DNA from: Lingula anatina
Lineage: Eukaryota; Animalia; Brachiopoda
Length of the DNA: 64,000 nucleotides
Direction of reading: 5' to 3'
NCBI GenBank assembly: GCA_051362555.1
Contig: CM120641.1
Coordinates: 38,260,401 to 38,324,400, forward strand
Each line of letters begins with the position of its first letter. Positions within the stretch are counted from its first letter, which is position 1. Below, piece after piece: positions 1-14,865 of the stretch. Both the position numbers and the translations under genes were made by a program. The notes beneath the pieces are model-generated. The model made no database searches and was not told where the DNA came from. It worked only from the letters and a program-made list of their open reading frames with translations.

Positions 1-442
1 TTTCCAGACGAGGCCCGCTGTGTTTGCTTCCAACATTGCAGACGAAAATTAACATATGCCTACATTAATCGCTTTTTGAAAAGATTCCATGGACATGAAT
101 TTAGATTTTGAAAAGACAATTAAGAATTCAATTGGTTCATAATTTTCGATAACACCCTGGGAGTTTGGTGGTTAAACAAAACCTTTATTTTCGGACGACC
201 TATGGATGACTATTTTCACTTACTCTGAAATATCGGGTGTAGATTGATTTACGTGTTCAGTAATGCTTAAGTTAGCACATATACGTGATAAATGACGTCG
301 ATAAACATTGAGTTCAAAAACAACCTGTTAAAAACGTTAAAATGCATTAATTTCAATTGTAACTTGTTTTCCAAGAAGTTTGACCTAGAACCCGCTTAGT
401 TGCCAGTTATAAATAATGCTGAAGGAACTTGTAGTAATTTAA

Positions 443-443
<1 letters not shown>

Positions 444-482
<39 letters not shown>
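444..482 (+). repeat. Poly(A) tract
   Basis: About 39 consecutive A residues. Confidence 0.9.
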
Positions 483-484
<2 letters not shown>

Positions 485-1883
485 GTTTTAGCGTGTGCCA
501 TCTCACAGACCTCGTTCACTGCCACCTACTTTCACGATACTTTTTTCAAAATTCCCATTCTTGGAAAAAATGTTTTGCTACTCCAATGGACAGATTGTTA
601 TAACAATCATTCTTTCTTTTGCACTTATTCTTTTTAATGCCTTGCAATTTACCTGAGAGTTCGATTCATTCCTCAGGTATCGATGGGAAGGTATATAAAA
701 TGAGCCGTTCAATTGAAGGCAGATCCTGGTACATACGACTGTTGTACAAACTCAGTATAAACATTTAGGCGTGGGTAATTTTGAACTTCAAAGCACTGTA
801 GCTTTCACAATGGTCGCTGTGGAAAAAGATTAAATACATGTATCAACAAACCGTTAACTTTGACAACCAGGCTTATCAAATGTTGCCCCATGCTATATAA
901 TTGGAACTGATTTATCACACCTGTATAAGATAGACAAAAAACCTCGTATATATGCAGTTAAGCATAAATGAGCCGTCTGCTTATCTTAGTAAACCAATTA
1001 CTTAGTTGTTGTTGAAACCATCAACGGTGCCAAACATTCCTACTTTTCTGGCAATCTATAAATGACAGCTTAACGTTAATTTTCTCTGGCACTGCTACTT
1101 CCTAAAGACAAATTGCTTGAGGTAGGCCTTCTTTAATCCTGTTTTTTACTCTCATGGTAATTATAGAGTATGGAAACTCTCCTGTCGTTTTCGCATGTCA
1201 ACACCTACATATGTTAGCTTACATAGTCAGTATTGTTGTGGCATGTGTTCAGTAACTCGAACATATGGGTTTTATAGCAGTATTAAGAGGCGCCTTTCAC
1301 ACAGATTGTGCTAGATGTTCTCTAAAATGCGTCTCGCAACACGATTACTTTCGAAGCACATCTATAAACATATGCAGTTGTGTAGCGGTAGTATGTGCGG
1401 ATGGTTCACTTAAATAATACTGAACACCAGTCAGACCAGAACACCACTTCCCCATGATGTTTAGCATAAAGTTTGAATGAAGATGTAAAAAATGACATCA
1501 AAACACATATATTACATCTTCAAACATAACAGATGTAGAAAAAAACAAACAAACAAACAAAAAATAATACCATGTTTCAAAATGATGTTAAAAATAACTT
1601 TTATTATCTTTATGAATAGGAAATTGGAAACAATCAGCAATTGATAATTGACAAACTTTGATTAAATACACCAAAGTCGGTGGTTTCTAGACCACGGGCA
1701 AGTTAATCGATGAAGTGTCAGAGCTACAGGTATATTATTTACAATCAATAAGATATTTCTCTTATAAATTAAAAAAAACTTTCTGATCATACCTGTTCAA
1801 CCTGACTAGAAACTTCCCATATTGCAAATAAATAAATGAATGAATAAAAAAATAAATAAGTAAAATAAATAAAATTTAAAAAA

Positions 1884-2582
1884 TCAAACGTATGATTCGT
1901 GGTAAAACTCAGCAATCGCATCGACTCCATTTCTTTCTTTCGTCACGATAAACTTATCATTATGTTTATTTTGTATATAGGCACAGATAAGCGCACACGA
2001 AAAACTTACACCAAATATCACAACTACAACGCAAATAATAATGGCAATTATTGTCCAGTCTTCGTGGTCCACAACATTGTTAATTAAGTACTGGGTTTCT
2101 CCTGTTCTGGCCATAGGGTCCTCGTCACGGTTCCCGTCTCTTCCCGGTCGCTCATTTGACGATTCTTCGTTATACGTATCACTTCGACGATATATTCGAT
2201 GCTTCAGTACTGAAATACTCGGCACATTACTTGGACGTCTTTTATTGGCGTGCTTTTTACTACTACTCTCAGATGCCTCTGTTCTGAAAGCAAGAGCATT
2301 ATTATAATCTGAATCTCTATCACTGTGCAGTTTTGCGTTGTCCGTTGTTTTCTCTCTTGTTTTGTAGTTTTGATTCACATGAAGTGCACTTGCTAGCGCG
2401 TCGTGTAATGTCATGAACTTTCTTTGTGACACTGCTCTCCCATGAAGGTTATTATGCAAAATGTCTTGTCTCTTGGGCTGGTATCTTGGCCGTAGCTTGA
2501 ATAAAAAAAAAGATGATACATCATTATTCAAGACATCCAATGCAATAATTATTGCGGCCTAGGTGTGTCGGGTGATCTTCAT
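1884..2582 (-). CDS. Putative single-pass membrane protein of unknown family, with an in-frame TAG near the N-terminus
   Basis: 218-aa ORF with a C-terminal hydrophobic segment (WTIIAIIICVVVVIFGVSFSCALICAYI) and a short tail. An in-frame ATG at 2582 gives MKITRHT*AAIIIALDVL, with TAG at 2561-2559. Candidate splice acceptor near 2627. No family recognised. Confidence 0.5.
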
Positions 2583-5500
2583 TTTATGTTGCACTGTTTA
2601 AAATCAATATATTTCGCGTACTTAACCTGTATACAAAACACACACGCATGCACAAATTTATTAGGTAAGCGAGTTAGGGGAAAGTGAAATTCATTATCTA
2701 AAATGTGAATATTTGCAATGAACAAATCCCTATTTGCTTTACAATGTAAAAGTATCTTATCGCATTAATAACAATGTTAAAGATCACCACCCAGAGGTTT
2801 TTCTTTTATTTTAAAACAAGCGGTTCAGTGCGCGTTCAGGTATTTTATACACTAAACACATTATTAATGTAAGGATTGATACAAATTGCTGGGTGAACTT
2901 ATCGTATTTCTAGAGTGATGAACATATGTGACAGTCAAAGCATTTAAGGACAACACCTGCTTCATTTTGAATGTTTTTCTCTGTTCTACACAATACTTGC
3001 TAAACCTCAATATGAAAGTTTGAAATAAAATCTTTAGGCTAACCTGGATCGCAGCAATATTCTTTCATACGAAAAAGAAAAAAAACTACTGCGCGTCGTA
3101 AATAGTTGCACACCTTGCTGAAAGTAGGGTGTTTTACATTGAACACCTTCGTTATTCTGTAAATGCCCATATAAAAAGCCCACTGCGCCTAGCAACAGGA
3201 AAATAGCTGCATAATGCATAGTATGGTGCTAATTGAGTGCCCGGTATGCACTAATCACTAATTCAATGTAAAGTATGCAGCTCGTTTCAACATTAATTCG
3301 GATTTAATAGTTAAACACAGACAATTCTCACTTAATAAGACTTATATTCTGCCAGTTTTATTTCGCGTGGTTTCCTCTCGAATACCGTTGTTGGTCGAAT
3401 GATAGGCATGTAAACAAATACAAAAGGATGATCTGCCCTGATTCGTACGCCCTGAAGCTCCCAACACCTGTAATACCAGTTATTACGGACGTAGATATAA
3501 ACTTAAGTGTAAACATAAACTAGGTGTGTCTAGCCGTTATCAGTTTTTTTATTCTTCTACGTAGGAACTTGAAATTGACTAAACAAATGGAAAACCTACA
3601 TTTTTCTCAAACACGTAGAACTGCTCATTTTAATTTGTACTTACTTTCCTCTTCGCCATACAGACAAATACGGCAGTGCTGTCTTGTCGACTGCATAGTT
3701 CAGGGGGACAGGTGGGAGAGCACAATGTCCCGCCTTCCTGTCCTCCGACAAATTCTGACGCAAATCCAGCTAGCACGTATAGTATTATAACCCTACAGAA
3801 AAATCCAAGCTGTATTTGTATGCCAGATATACCCCAAGGTGTCAACCGAGGTGTCATAGTGTCACAGACCCGGTCACTACATTATCCTGAAGTGGCAAAC
3901 GACACATAACTCGAGTAATGGAATCACAGCAGGTCATGTGTGTATTATATCCTGATATATCGATGACTAATCGAACTTCAGCTCGTAATACATGCACGTC
4001 CACTAGACCGCCTACCTCGCGACAGGACGTCAAATACCTACACACATTCTTGTAATAAAGATCAGATCAGTCCGCAGTTTTCACAGGTGAGCTCAGTGAC
4101 GATATCAGGAGGCAAAAATCCGTTGAAAATAAAACCGCAACCGTGTGTCACAATGTCTATTTAAATCTGTCACCGTGTGTCAACATCTGCAGCCTACATT
4201 TACTTTGAATAATCACACCGACTGCATTGTAAAAAGGTCTGCGTCAGCGGGACGGCTCAGCAACTTCGCAGTCAAATCTTTAGACCACTCCCTGTACCAC
4301 TGGGGTCTTTTAAGTAAAAATCCCAAAGCTTTTGTCTCATACATCCATCTGGTATTTTAATAAAATTGGATTCTCTCTTCCCGGTCGCCCTATTTTTAAG
4401 ATATATCGCTTGAGCTCAGCTTATATCGACTATTGGTTGTTTCCGCAAACCACACTCCAATTATTCAACCTTTACTGTGCTTATTCATGGCTGTATTGTG
4501 CTACTGCGGTTATTAATTAACTTGCAATTGTTTCAATACCTGATAGCTGCGGTTAGAATAACATTGATGCATAACTCAGTCTATAAACATGTTCGTGTGT
4601 TGACATTTGCTTAACTTTAATTAAGAACATAAAGACAGAGAGGGCGAACTTTTGATCAATCATAGAGGATTTTTAACGCGCGTTTCACATTTTTCCTTTG
4701 ATATTCTATGTCCGCTTCACCCTTTTTTAATTGACTCTGTAACCTTTTCCCCAAAAACATTTTCTCTATCAATATGTACATTTCATCCGGTCCGAACGCT
4801 ATCACCAATATCCGTATCGAAACCATTTTACTATTTTGCTAGAAAAAAAAATTGTTAGTATTTATAGCTTTACGACAAGATCGTTCGAATGCCCAAGAAC
4901 AACGGCGTTCTTGTTTTACACATATGTCGAAGTCAGACATCAATCACAAATTTTGATTTAAATTTCCTTTTAAAATTTTTAATTTAGATATATCATATTG
5001 CCATTTGTCACATTTTATTGTTTTCATTTGTCATTTTATTTTTGTAGTGCATCGGTATCCTAGGGCCACTAGATATTCACATATATGTCTCTGGTTAAAT
5101 TCACGGCTATTGTCTATACTGTGTCGCCTCATAGAGACAAACTCTACATAATAATAACTGCTGCCCTGGTAGAGGGTGGTGCATCGGGCTCCAGTGAATA
5201 ATGTCGTCTTCGTAAGGCAGGCAGTTATCAGGCCAGTCAGCATCGGACTCAAACAGTCATGGTAAAATTTTCAGAATATACAAGAATCCATCAAGGTTTG
5301 CAATAAAAAGATACCGTAAAAACGCCTCTGTAGTAGTAGTAACGCTGGAAGCCAAATTTTGTCGTCCTTTTTTCGACTACAGCAAAACCAATATATACCA
5401 CGGTACGTTCCCAAATCCCGCAAAGGCACAAAGCACCTTTCAAGTTCAGGGACACTATATTTCGCGTTAGAAAAAAATGAACATTTTGATCCATTATACT

Positions 5501-6438
5501 GTACGCGCGTGCATTAAGCCCCTACATACCTAGAGATGTTATGTGACAGTATACGTTTTAATCAGTTTCAGTTTTTTTCGGTGAAATACGAGTACTTTTC
5601 TCAGTATGTATGTATTTATGTATGTCAAATAATACACCGCTACCCTCTCGCGATGTATGCCTTGAATACCTCCCGCTTACGGTCGACCTTTTCTAGCAAA
5701 TATCGCTCGGGTGACAGTGTATCATCTAACACAAAATCACTGTATTACATTCACAACACCGTCAGTTATCCTTCGCGGAACAAAAATCATAAGACTTGAA
5801 GGCAAAAGAGGCAGATTCGGTTAATCACAATAAAGTGACTTTAATGTCTCATCAATGTCCTGAATAAATGAAGTTCAACAAAGAAAAGAAAAAGTATCAA
5901 AAACAATATCAAAATTCGTTTCACAGAGTTCTCAGCACCCAATTTTTGTCAAAAGATATCCATAGCAAATCATCTTTTTAAAGCTCTCAACATAAAACAT
6001 TGAAAGCCATCAAAAACTCGAAAATTCGTACTAATGCATTAGGTTCAGTCACCAGTTATTGCTTACATGATTGTCGTTAGGTGTTCACTGAGAAAAAAAA
6101 CTGAAAGTTTTGAACTGGTCATTAAATACAAGAAGAAAACTACCATGAATGTTTAATTAAATTACAATGATTTTTAGTAAAGCCATACAGAAGCACAAAT
6201 GTATAATGTTAGAGATGTCGCTCCATTACTTAAATTATTCTTAAGGCTCAGGTGCTAGACAATCAATGAAGATGAAAAGTGTATTCACTTTTTTTAATAA
6301 AAGTGAAATATTCATCTGAGTGTGATGACTGTGTTGACAGCCATGATTAATGCTCATGCAGTTGTTGCAGCGGGGACGGATGTCAAAGAGCCATTGTATG
6401 AGCATAATGTCTCTGGTATTGTACTGCAGTTATGTTCT

Positions 6439-9400
6439 TCACCTTACTGCCTCCTTATAGTTTGTGACAATGTCAGAAACTGATTCAAAAGCTTGATCAA
6501 AATCATCCTAAAAAATAAAAAAATATTCATTGACAGGATTTAGGCATATTTACATTTTAGGCACAAAAATATATGGATTATATTGTCAGATAACAGCCTT
6601 AGAAGCTTAAGTGCTTACTGAACAGATAAAGAATTACTCAATTCACTTTTGTGAACATAAAAGCTTGGAAACAAAAGTGAGTTGGTTTCACTACAATATT
6701 CTAGACTATCGGCTGTACATAATCTCAAAAGTGTATTGAATAGACACGAATCTAACTAACAGCTCAAAAGAAAAAAAAATCTCAAAAATGTATTGAATAG
6801 ACATGAATCTCTACATAAAAAAAACTGACAGACACGCAGACACAGACAGACAGACAGACAGACAGACAAGCTTACCCTAGAGCAACCATACTTCCAATAC
6901 CAGTGTAGATAAGCCCCTGCATCATACATTAGCTTAGACTGAGACATCATGTACTCTACTGGAGACAAGAAATTAGTATAGTTTGCTGCCATGGTGACAC
7001 TAGATGCATCTTTACCTCCAGCTGGGTTAAATTTACCTGAAGAGATGGAGAAAAAGATCCTGGTAAAATGAGGACACATTTAACACCACAATACAGATAT
7101 ACCACCAGGTTACAGTTGTTCTTGTCATAACTATCAATACTAATTTTCAACAGAAAATATGTACATAATTACTGCCAATTAATTATAAATGTAGCTATTC
7201 AAGGCACTCAATGGAACTAGCTCTACTACACCATATATATAGAGGTTTTCTGCTACACTTCCTTGCTTTCGAACAATATAGCAAACGAAACCTGTGTAGT
7301 GCCATGTTTTATCCAATATAAGTAGAGAGCCCAATAAGACTACTAAGACAAGAGAAATCTGATAACCCCATAATATGAGAATCCATATTATCCAAATTCA
7401 GACATGCACATTCAGTCTCAAGTATTCTTTCATCGGAAAATAATCTGTTATTTTACCTGTCCAGAAATCCACAGGGTATGGATTCCATGAGACACAATTG
7501 TATGTGGACTTCACTTTATCTTCTATTTGCTTCATATAATCTGGGAAAGTACCATGGGTATCTCCTCTAGCTATCACCACATTGGCAAGGGAGGAATACT
7601 GAAATAACAAATACCATTATAATAACAATAAATGAATAAAAAAATAGCATGTAAAAGGTAACACTTTAAAATTATGTGAAATGGGAAAATACATAATTCT
7701 GTGCTTCAAAAATTTTGCAGATATGGCATATCGAGGAGTGTAATAAATGAATGGCTTGATATACATATAAATCTTCTGAGTAATCACATTCTTTGGGTTC
7801 TTTATGTGACAAAAGGGTAAACATTTAAAACCACTACTAATCACTATATTTGTACCATGAACTATTCCTAAAGTAATTGCAACTCATGAAGTATTGGGGT
7901 ACTAAAACATAAGATGGTCCTAACTAATAGAAATATTTACCATTTTTCCTTGAGCATCATGTCTCTTTAAGTAATACACAGAAGAGCTGGCCACATTGTC
8001 CCAGGATGATTTACTGAAAATATTAAACCAATATGTAAAATATATAATCAAAATTTGAAATAAAAAAGCAATTTAAGAGCATACAGCTTTCAGCATATTT
8101 CACAATGATAAAACTTAGCAGAAAAAGTTCAAAATGATACATATTCTAGGTTTAATATGAGGAACTGAGTATTTTGATAAAATATTAAAAGAACAACTCA
8201 TGTTCAGAGAAAAATTATTCCATTATTATTGATTGTTTTTCAGGATCTCTGTATCAAGTTTCAAATTAAACAATTACAATACATGTACATGAAACTAGAC
8301 CATTTTTGAGCAAGAGTAGAAATCAAATATCAATAAAAGTTTGTCATAAGTCAAAAAGACTATTTAGAAAGAGATCATGAACATTACTGACAAGAGAAAT
8401 GTCACATTCAGCCCACAAAATATTATCAGGCAAATGATATCAACATTCTACTCTGGTCTACCCTCTGATAACAGGGTCTCCTAAAATAATATACAAAATC
8501 ACAGTGTGTAACAGACCAATAGGGCACCCTGTGGTCAGAGAGTAACTCTGACCTACCTTTTGATACCCTGAGTAAGATGCAATATCTTGAGCGCAGGCAT
8601 GGGGCAGGCGGACCTGATTAGCTCCCAGGGTTCCATCCCCAAACTGACCCCACTGCTTGGTGTGAGACTGTCCACTGGTAACAACACTCCAGCCAGACAG
8701 GATGAAATATGGTGGTTCATTTGAGAGAAGGAGACGGGCTCTTGGTCAACTTTATCTTTCTGCCTGTGCTGCAGTCTATGCAGGATTTCATCATTGTTCA
8801 ATAAAATGATACCATCTGAGTATCTAAAAGCAAATGAAGTTGAGATTAAATGTATGATTTTGATTGTTACATTACTAACATTTTTCTACAAAGGGTATTT
8901 TTTCACAATTGGCATCATTATTTTTGTTATTTTTGCTCTAACCAATCTCATTTTCACAAGACTGCTTACACTGGTTTCAACTTAAATCAAAGGTTCAAAA
9001 TTTCAATAAAAGTTAAAAATGTCAAACCCAGTGCTTCAGGCCCGTAGCCATTTGGAAGTGGGGGATTTGAACAAACCACTCTTTTTGTCAGGAAAAATTG
9101 ATAAAGGTGCACAAAGGTTTCATGGTAAAGGTCCACTATTTCAGAAAAAGAACCGCTCCTTTGAAATTGCTTGTTCTTGCACACCTTTACCTCTGAACCC
9201 AAGACAAACACAGCAGAGAGTTGAAGTGCTGCAGAGGACTCTCTCCACTGGAATGTGGTGCCACCAGACATGATAACATGTACTGTAGAGGATACTCATC
9301 TCGAATTGCCTCACAAAGATGAGCACCAAGACCTAAAATACAAAACATTTGTGTGTAAAACAGGACCTAGAGTTCAGCTGTTTCTGATAAAAATTTCCTA

Positions 9401-11450
9401 TATTGCTAATTTTTCTGTTAAATGTCTCTGTCTAGTTTGTCAAAGTCAAAATAGTTATAAAGATCATGTTATATCATTTTGAAAATGACCACACCTGAGC
9501 CTGTCCCGCCACTCAAGCTATGGATCATGATAGTCCCACTAAAACAGTCACATCTGAAAACAGTTTTAAAATGTATAGTTCTTTTAATATTGGTATTATT
9601 GTAACTGCATGCATAAATTTTTTAGTCCAGGTGAAATTTCTGTAACCTAAACATTGTGTTTCCTATACAGTTTTTCCTTGATTCAAGGTCCCATTGAGTC
9701 ACAGAACAATTATTTCAGCTTGGTTGCTACTTTGGCAACTTTGGGTAACTTAAAATATCTAAGCTGACCAAAAATGATACCAATACAACTTAAAACAGTG
9801 ACCATTCCCAGATCCTACCGTATTAACTGTGGATCGATCTATCTCTTAGGGGATTCTCCCTAAATTGCAATCGACTTAAGCGGCTTAGATATCTGTCATG
9901 CCTGCTAAAGCTGCTAGGGGGTAATTTATTACTTAAATAATTAATTATTGTTTAGCAGCTTCAGTAGGGCTGCCAGACATCTTAGCCGCTCAAGCTGAAA
10001 GCAATTAAGAGAGAAACCTCTTGGAGATGGATCAATCCTGTTAAATTGATCTAGGTACCTGGTATGGGAACTCTGTCTCAGGGAATTCCTATAAACAAGT
10101 GTGTAGTTGAAGATCAACATTTAGGGGCAAGCGTGTATATTTCTATAGGAATTCACTGCAATCTTGGACTTTTAATTAAGAAGAACTTTCAAGGCAACAC
10201 TATTTCTAGGCTCATGTATTGAAGGTATGGAAGCGAATACTGTACTATTTAATGAAAAACAAAAAATCTGCATATTTGACATTCTTTGAGCACATTTTCT
10301 CAGAGGAAGTTTCTGTAATATGCATACATGCTGTACCTTTCAGCTTCTTTCCTAATGGCTTCAAGGGCATCATTGAACAACTTATCTTCTCCAGGTAATC
10401 CATGGTAACCTTAATGACAGGCGGCATTTATTGCCAAGCAATATGTAGTCATAAGAATTTTATGCCTCACAGAGTTTAAGTTACTTGAAAGTTATGAATA
10501 CATATTGCATGATCAGTGATAAATATGTCTAATTAACTTACCCTACATACTAGTATATTGCATTTAAAAGATTGAAAATATTTTTTGTCATAATGTCATT
10601 ATGTGATGGGTTGGAGCTATCTCACTGTACTCTGAACATGACAGGGAAACCTACCAAGTGACCAATTGGTACCCCTTCCTCTTTTTCCAAGAATTATGTT
10701 TTGCTCTCGAAAATTGCTGAAAAAAATAATGACATATCATAAATGCTGCATATTTTAAAAGAAAGATCTTATTAGGCAATGTTCATAGCTTTAAACTCCC
10801 TTCTCTTCAGATGGCTAATGCTATAATGTGTATACGTGTATCACACAAGAATTTTACATTCTTTATGCAATAACAAACTGGGCAGTGCCCTTCTCAAAAT
10901 CCAAAGCTTTATAATAAAAGAGTGGCAGGGTTTATCCGCCTACTCTCCAGTTTTCCCTCCTCCCAGCTGTACATGAGTGTGTTGACAGTCACAGGTTTAT
11001 ACCTTTTCTTCGCATCTCTGAGAAGCTTTTTCACAACCTTTGGTTCACTGTCTACATTCACAGACCTCAATTTTCCATCATGATTTACATACACATGGCT
11101 GGAATAGGAAAAAAATAAAAACAGCTTTAAGCTCGTTAAATTTTTTACTTTAAGATGTACAGTATAATGTTTAACCAATAACAAAAAATCTCATTCTAAA
11201 TCTTTAAAAAATGCAGCCCGGGTGTTAATAAGAGCACGGGTAGAGCACTAAATCAGGAACAGCAGTCGTGATGTAAAAACATGTACACTATCGGCACTTT
11301 ATAAACTTAATATGAAATAATTTTATAACCATCAAGGACATGTTCAAACAATCACCTGTCTGTCGCCTTCTTGTCTTTCTGAATGTGTTTCCAAAGTTGC
11401 TGGCCAATTTGGTTTCCACATTGCCCTACCTGTACGATCACGCTCGACAT
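6439..11450 (-). CDS. Zeta-tubulin-like (delta-tubulin-like) protein, 11 exons
   Basis: Phase-consistent GT-AG exons: 11450-11356, 11098-11003, 10716-10655, 10409-10337, 9553-9495, 9332-9191, 8823-8557, 8013-7941, 7598-7457, 7036-6876, 6507-6439. Tubulin motifs QVGQCGNQIG, VDSEPKVV, GRGTNWSLGY and SLSGGTGSGLG. GESPLQHFN and AYLHWYWKYGC, with no acidic tail (ends YKEAVR*), differ from canonical TUBD1 (VDMEPKVI, GEVIVQNYN, AYIHQY) and fit the zeta class. Confidence 0.85.
9832..10038. mobile_element. Degenerate foldback MITE in a tubulin intron
   Basis: Imperfect palindrome (ggatcgatctatct...agatggatcaatcc; ttaagcggct/agccgctcaag). A related copy lies at about 20930-21119. Confidence 0.5.
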
Positions 11451-11902
11451 GTTGCCGATAGAGGTTGAACAGCTTGTGGACAGCACTCTGATAATCTTTC
11501 ACTTCATCTTTTTCACATAATTACAAAAACAAATACTTCTTAACAGACTAAAATACACCGGGAGATCTCACAGTGTCTCCATGCTGTTGATCAAAGTAAT
11601 TAGTACATGTCATGCTGGCCAATAAAAACGAAGAAAATTAGGTCAAGGTTTACCAAAATTAGGTCGCGGGAGTCTTGCGGTGTAGCGTGACAGAAATTCC
11701 GATCCTCATTCATTAGTACAGGTAACCCTCGCCCAAGATTCTGGACCACTTAGGTCAGGCTAACCGTTTTTACTAAATGGAGGGCGGACTTTTTGTTACA
11801 CGGACCTTCAGTTTCGTTACACCTGGGTCTGCACTTTGACCTATTTTAACCACCGGGTTGCCGTGATTATTTCTAAATATTTGATTTTCTTAGAGTGCAT
11901 TC

Positions 11903-12151
11903 AGAACAGAGAATCCGCGGACTTACTGATCCGCGGACTAAGTTTGGCCGATCCGACATAAAAGAAGAGCCAACTACTCTGCTGATGGTCCCTCCACCGC
12001 CTCTGCACGCACCAATTAACGGATTGCTAGACCCCTGAAATGCAAGGACAGCACGTGTGGAGGCAGGGATCGAGACCATCAGCGGATTAGTTGGCTCTTC
12101 TTTCATTTTGGTTGACCATATTTGATCCGCGGATCTGTTAGTTCTCAGTTC
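11903..12151. mobile_element. MITE-like foldback element between the tubulin and dehydratase genes
   Basis: Repeated atccgcgga units at both ends and an internal inverted repeat aaagaagagccaacta/tagttggctcttcttt. Confidence 0.5.
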
Positions 12152-12841
12152 ACCTTGTTCCTTAATGTCTTCTGAGATTTCTAAAATGAATTAAGCTGTC
12201 ATTTTCATTTGATGCAAATCAACTACTCAGCCTTTCTGCAACCCGATAAAATTATTTTCTGTGACTGATTACAATATTTTGTTTACGCCATAGTTCAGTA
12301 CTCATATCAGTTATTTAGAATACCATTTTAATTTCATGGTTAATTTTTTAAAAATTGAAATGCAATTTGGAGGACTTCAAATATTGACATTTAAGATTAT
12401 GTCATTTTCAAATTATATGCTATTTCATTAATCTTTTATTATATGACTATACCACAATAGACTACATATGAACCTTTGATAATTTCAGATATAATGTTTC
12501 TTTGAAAAAATTACTTTGAAATCTGTTTATTTAAGGTTGCTTCCTGAAATTCTCAATGAACAAAAAAACATCAAAATTTCTTTAAGAAACAATTGTCATT
12601 ATGTTTTCTAACAACTGAACTGAAAACTATTTTTTATGGATAATTGAATGTCTTTATTGAGTTTGAAAATTTGAATGAAGAAAACTAAAAGAAAGGTTTT
12701 GTTTTGACTATTTACCCAAATGAAATGCATATGTTCCATTTTTGGCAATAAATCAGAAGTCGAGTATTGTATTGGACTTTTATTTTATGATTGTTATTTT
12801 GAACATATGATTGATGCCATAATTTTGTTTCAGTTTCAGCT

Positions 12842-14809
12842 ATGGAAAAGAAGCTTCCCAGCTCCATATCTGAATTGCAGACTCCATGCTGTTTAGTGGA
12901 CATTGATAAAGTAAAAGAAAACGCAAGCCGTATGAGACATTGGTGTGAACAAAATGGAATTAAGCTAAGACCACACATGAAAACTCACAAGACAATGTAA
13001 AATTTACTTATTTTTAGTAATGGATTTTTGATGGCATAACTTTTAAGTTTTTATAAATCCTGGCATAACAAAATATATATTCATTAATTTTTGTAATAAT
13101 TTTATCTTGTACTTTAAACTGATTTAAATGTGCAAAGGGTTTTGTTTCATGATTCATTATTAGATTTTGACTGTTGAGATTAAGTATCAAATTCTGTCAA
13201 AAATAATAATTAAAGACCATATTTTGCAGAGAGGGTGGTGACGTTTTAACAAATGGAAGCAGAAGAAAAATTGTTGTTTCAACTTTGAAGGAAGCAGAAT
13301 TTTATGCAGATAATGGATTTGATGATATCCTTTATGCATATCCTCTTACAAAAGATAAACTTGAAAGGTAAGAAACACCTAACATTAGTAGCTACAATTG
13401 CCCATCATATGAGTAAGAATACAGCACAAAACATTTTTATATAACTTTCATATTGAAATTCTTTCAGATGTTGCCAATTAATGAACAGATTGGAACTTTT
13501 CCACATATATGTTGATGGAAGCTATGGTGTAGAAATGCTGACCAAAACAGCCCCTCCTGAAGGGAAGAAATGGTCAGTTTACCTGGGACTGGACAATGGG
13601 GATGGCAGAGGTAAGGTTTTTATTTTGAAGATCAAGGGGCATTTCCAATTGAGCACAATGCTGAATTAAAAAAATGTTCAATGAATATGGTATAGGAAGA
13701 AAGATCAAATTTTGTTGCAAAAAGAAATATCAGTGAATTTCCCTGATGTTTCATGTGAACATTTTTATAGTACTTAAGGACCACCAATCTCTTTAGTATT
13801 AAAGAACCCTAAAACTTAACAATTGCAAATAGATGCATTTATAACATCTTTACTTCACTTGAATTACTGCAACAAGGCCAAACGTTTCTTAAATTTTTTC
13901 TTTACTTAAAATCATTATTTCTTTGCAGGGTTATGTAGATTTAGCATGTCTTTGAGGAATAAATGCAGCATATTGGAAATATGGGTGTTTTAGAAAATAA
14001 AAATTACAAGAAAGTTTAGTTTGCTGTAATACAATGTGGGACACATACATGCACTCTACTGAAACCAACTATACCAGCCTGTGCTCTCAACCTAAGCATC
14101 CTCAAATCTTGAAACTGCTGACCTCATATTGTAACTTTCTTTAAAGAGGGTGTTCTCTGGGACAAGGAAGAGGGCGTGGAGCTAGCCAAACAACTTTACA
14201 TGTCCACCAATATTAATTTCCAAGGCATATACTCCCATGAGGGACAGTCATACAATTCTTCCAATCCAAATGAAATCAGACAGACGGGGAAAGAGGCACA
14301 TTTGAGACTAATGGCATTTGTGGAAAAGTATGTTGATTATGATCAACAGATATTACTGAATATATAAAGATAGGACATTATTTAACGTTGTCCTTACAAG
14401 AAGGTCCATCACACGTTTCATTTAGTGCACATTTTATTCATTAATTTTGAAAATATTTTCATAGAGTTGAATTGTAACATATCATTACAGACTGCAGGCA
14501 GCAGGTGTCCCTTGTCCAGAGTACAGTATGGGGGCCACACCCTCCTGTAGTCAGCCTGATGATACCATGAAGACTGTAACAGAATTTCACCCTGGGAACT
14601 ACGTTTTCTATGGTAGATGTCCAAACAGTGAAAAATACATTCTATAAAATGATTTTGAATAAATGAAATTGCATTTACATCCATTTTTCATATGAGTATA
14701 CATTTGTTCACGCCATACATTTTAATGTACTTGAAAGTGAAATCTTACATCCTGTACTTGCAGATCATGCATCTATGCCCAATCTATATACATACATATA
14801 TATATATAC

Positions 14810-14865
<56 letters not shown>

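Noticed and set aside
400-603. Poly-lysine ORF
   Set aside because: Artefact of the poly(A) tract.
3000-5900. Cluster of short ORFs in relatively CpG-rich sequence
   Set aside because: No recognisable domains, consistent exon chain or terminal repeats were found by eye.
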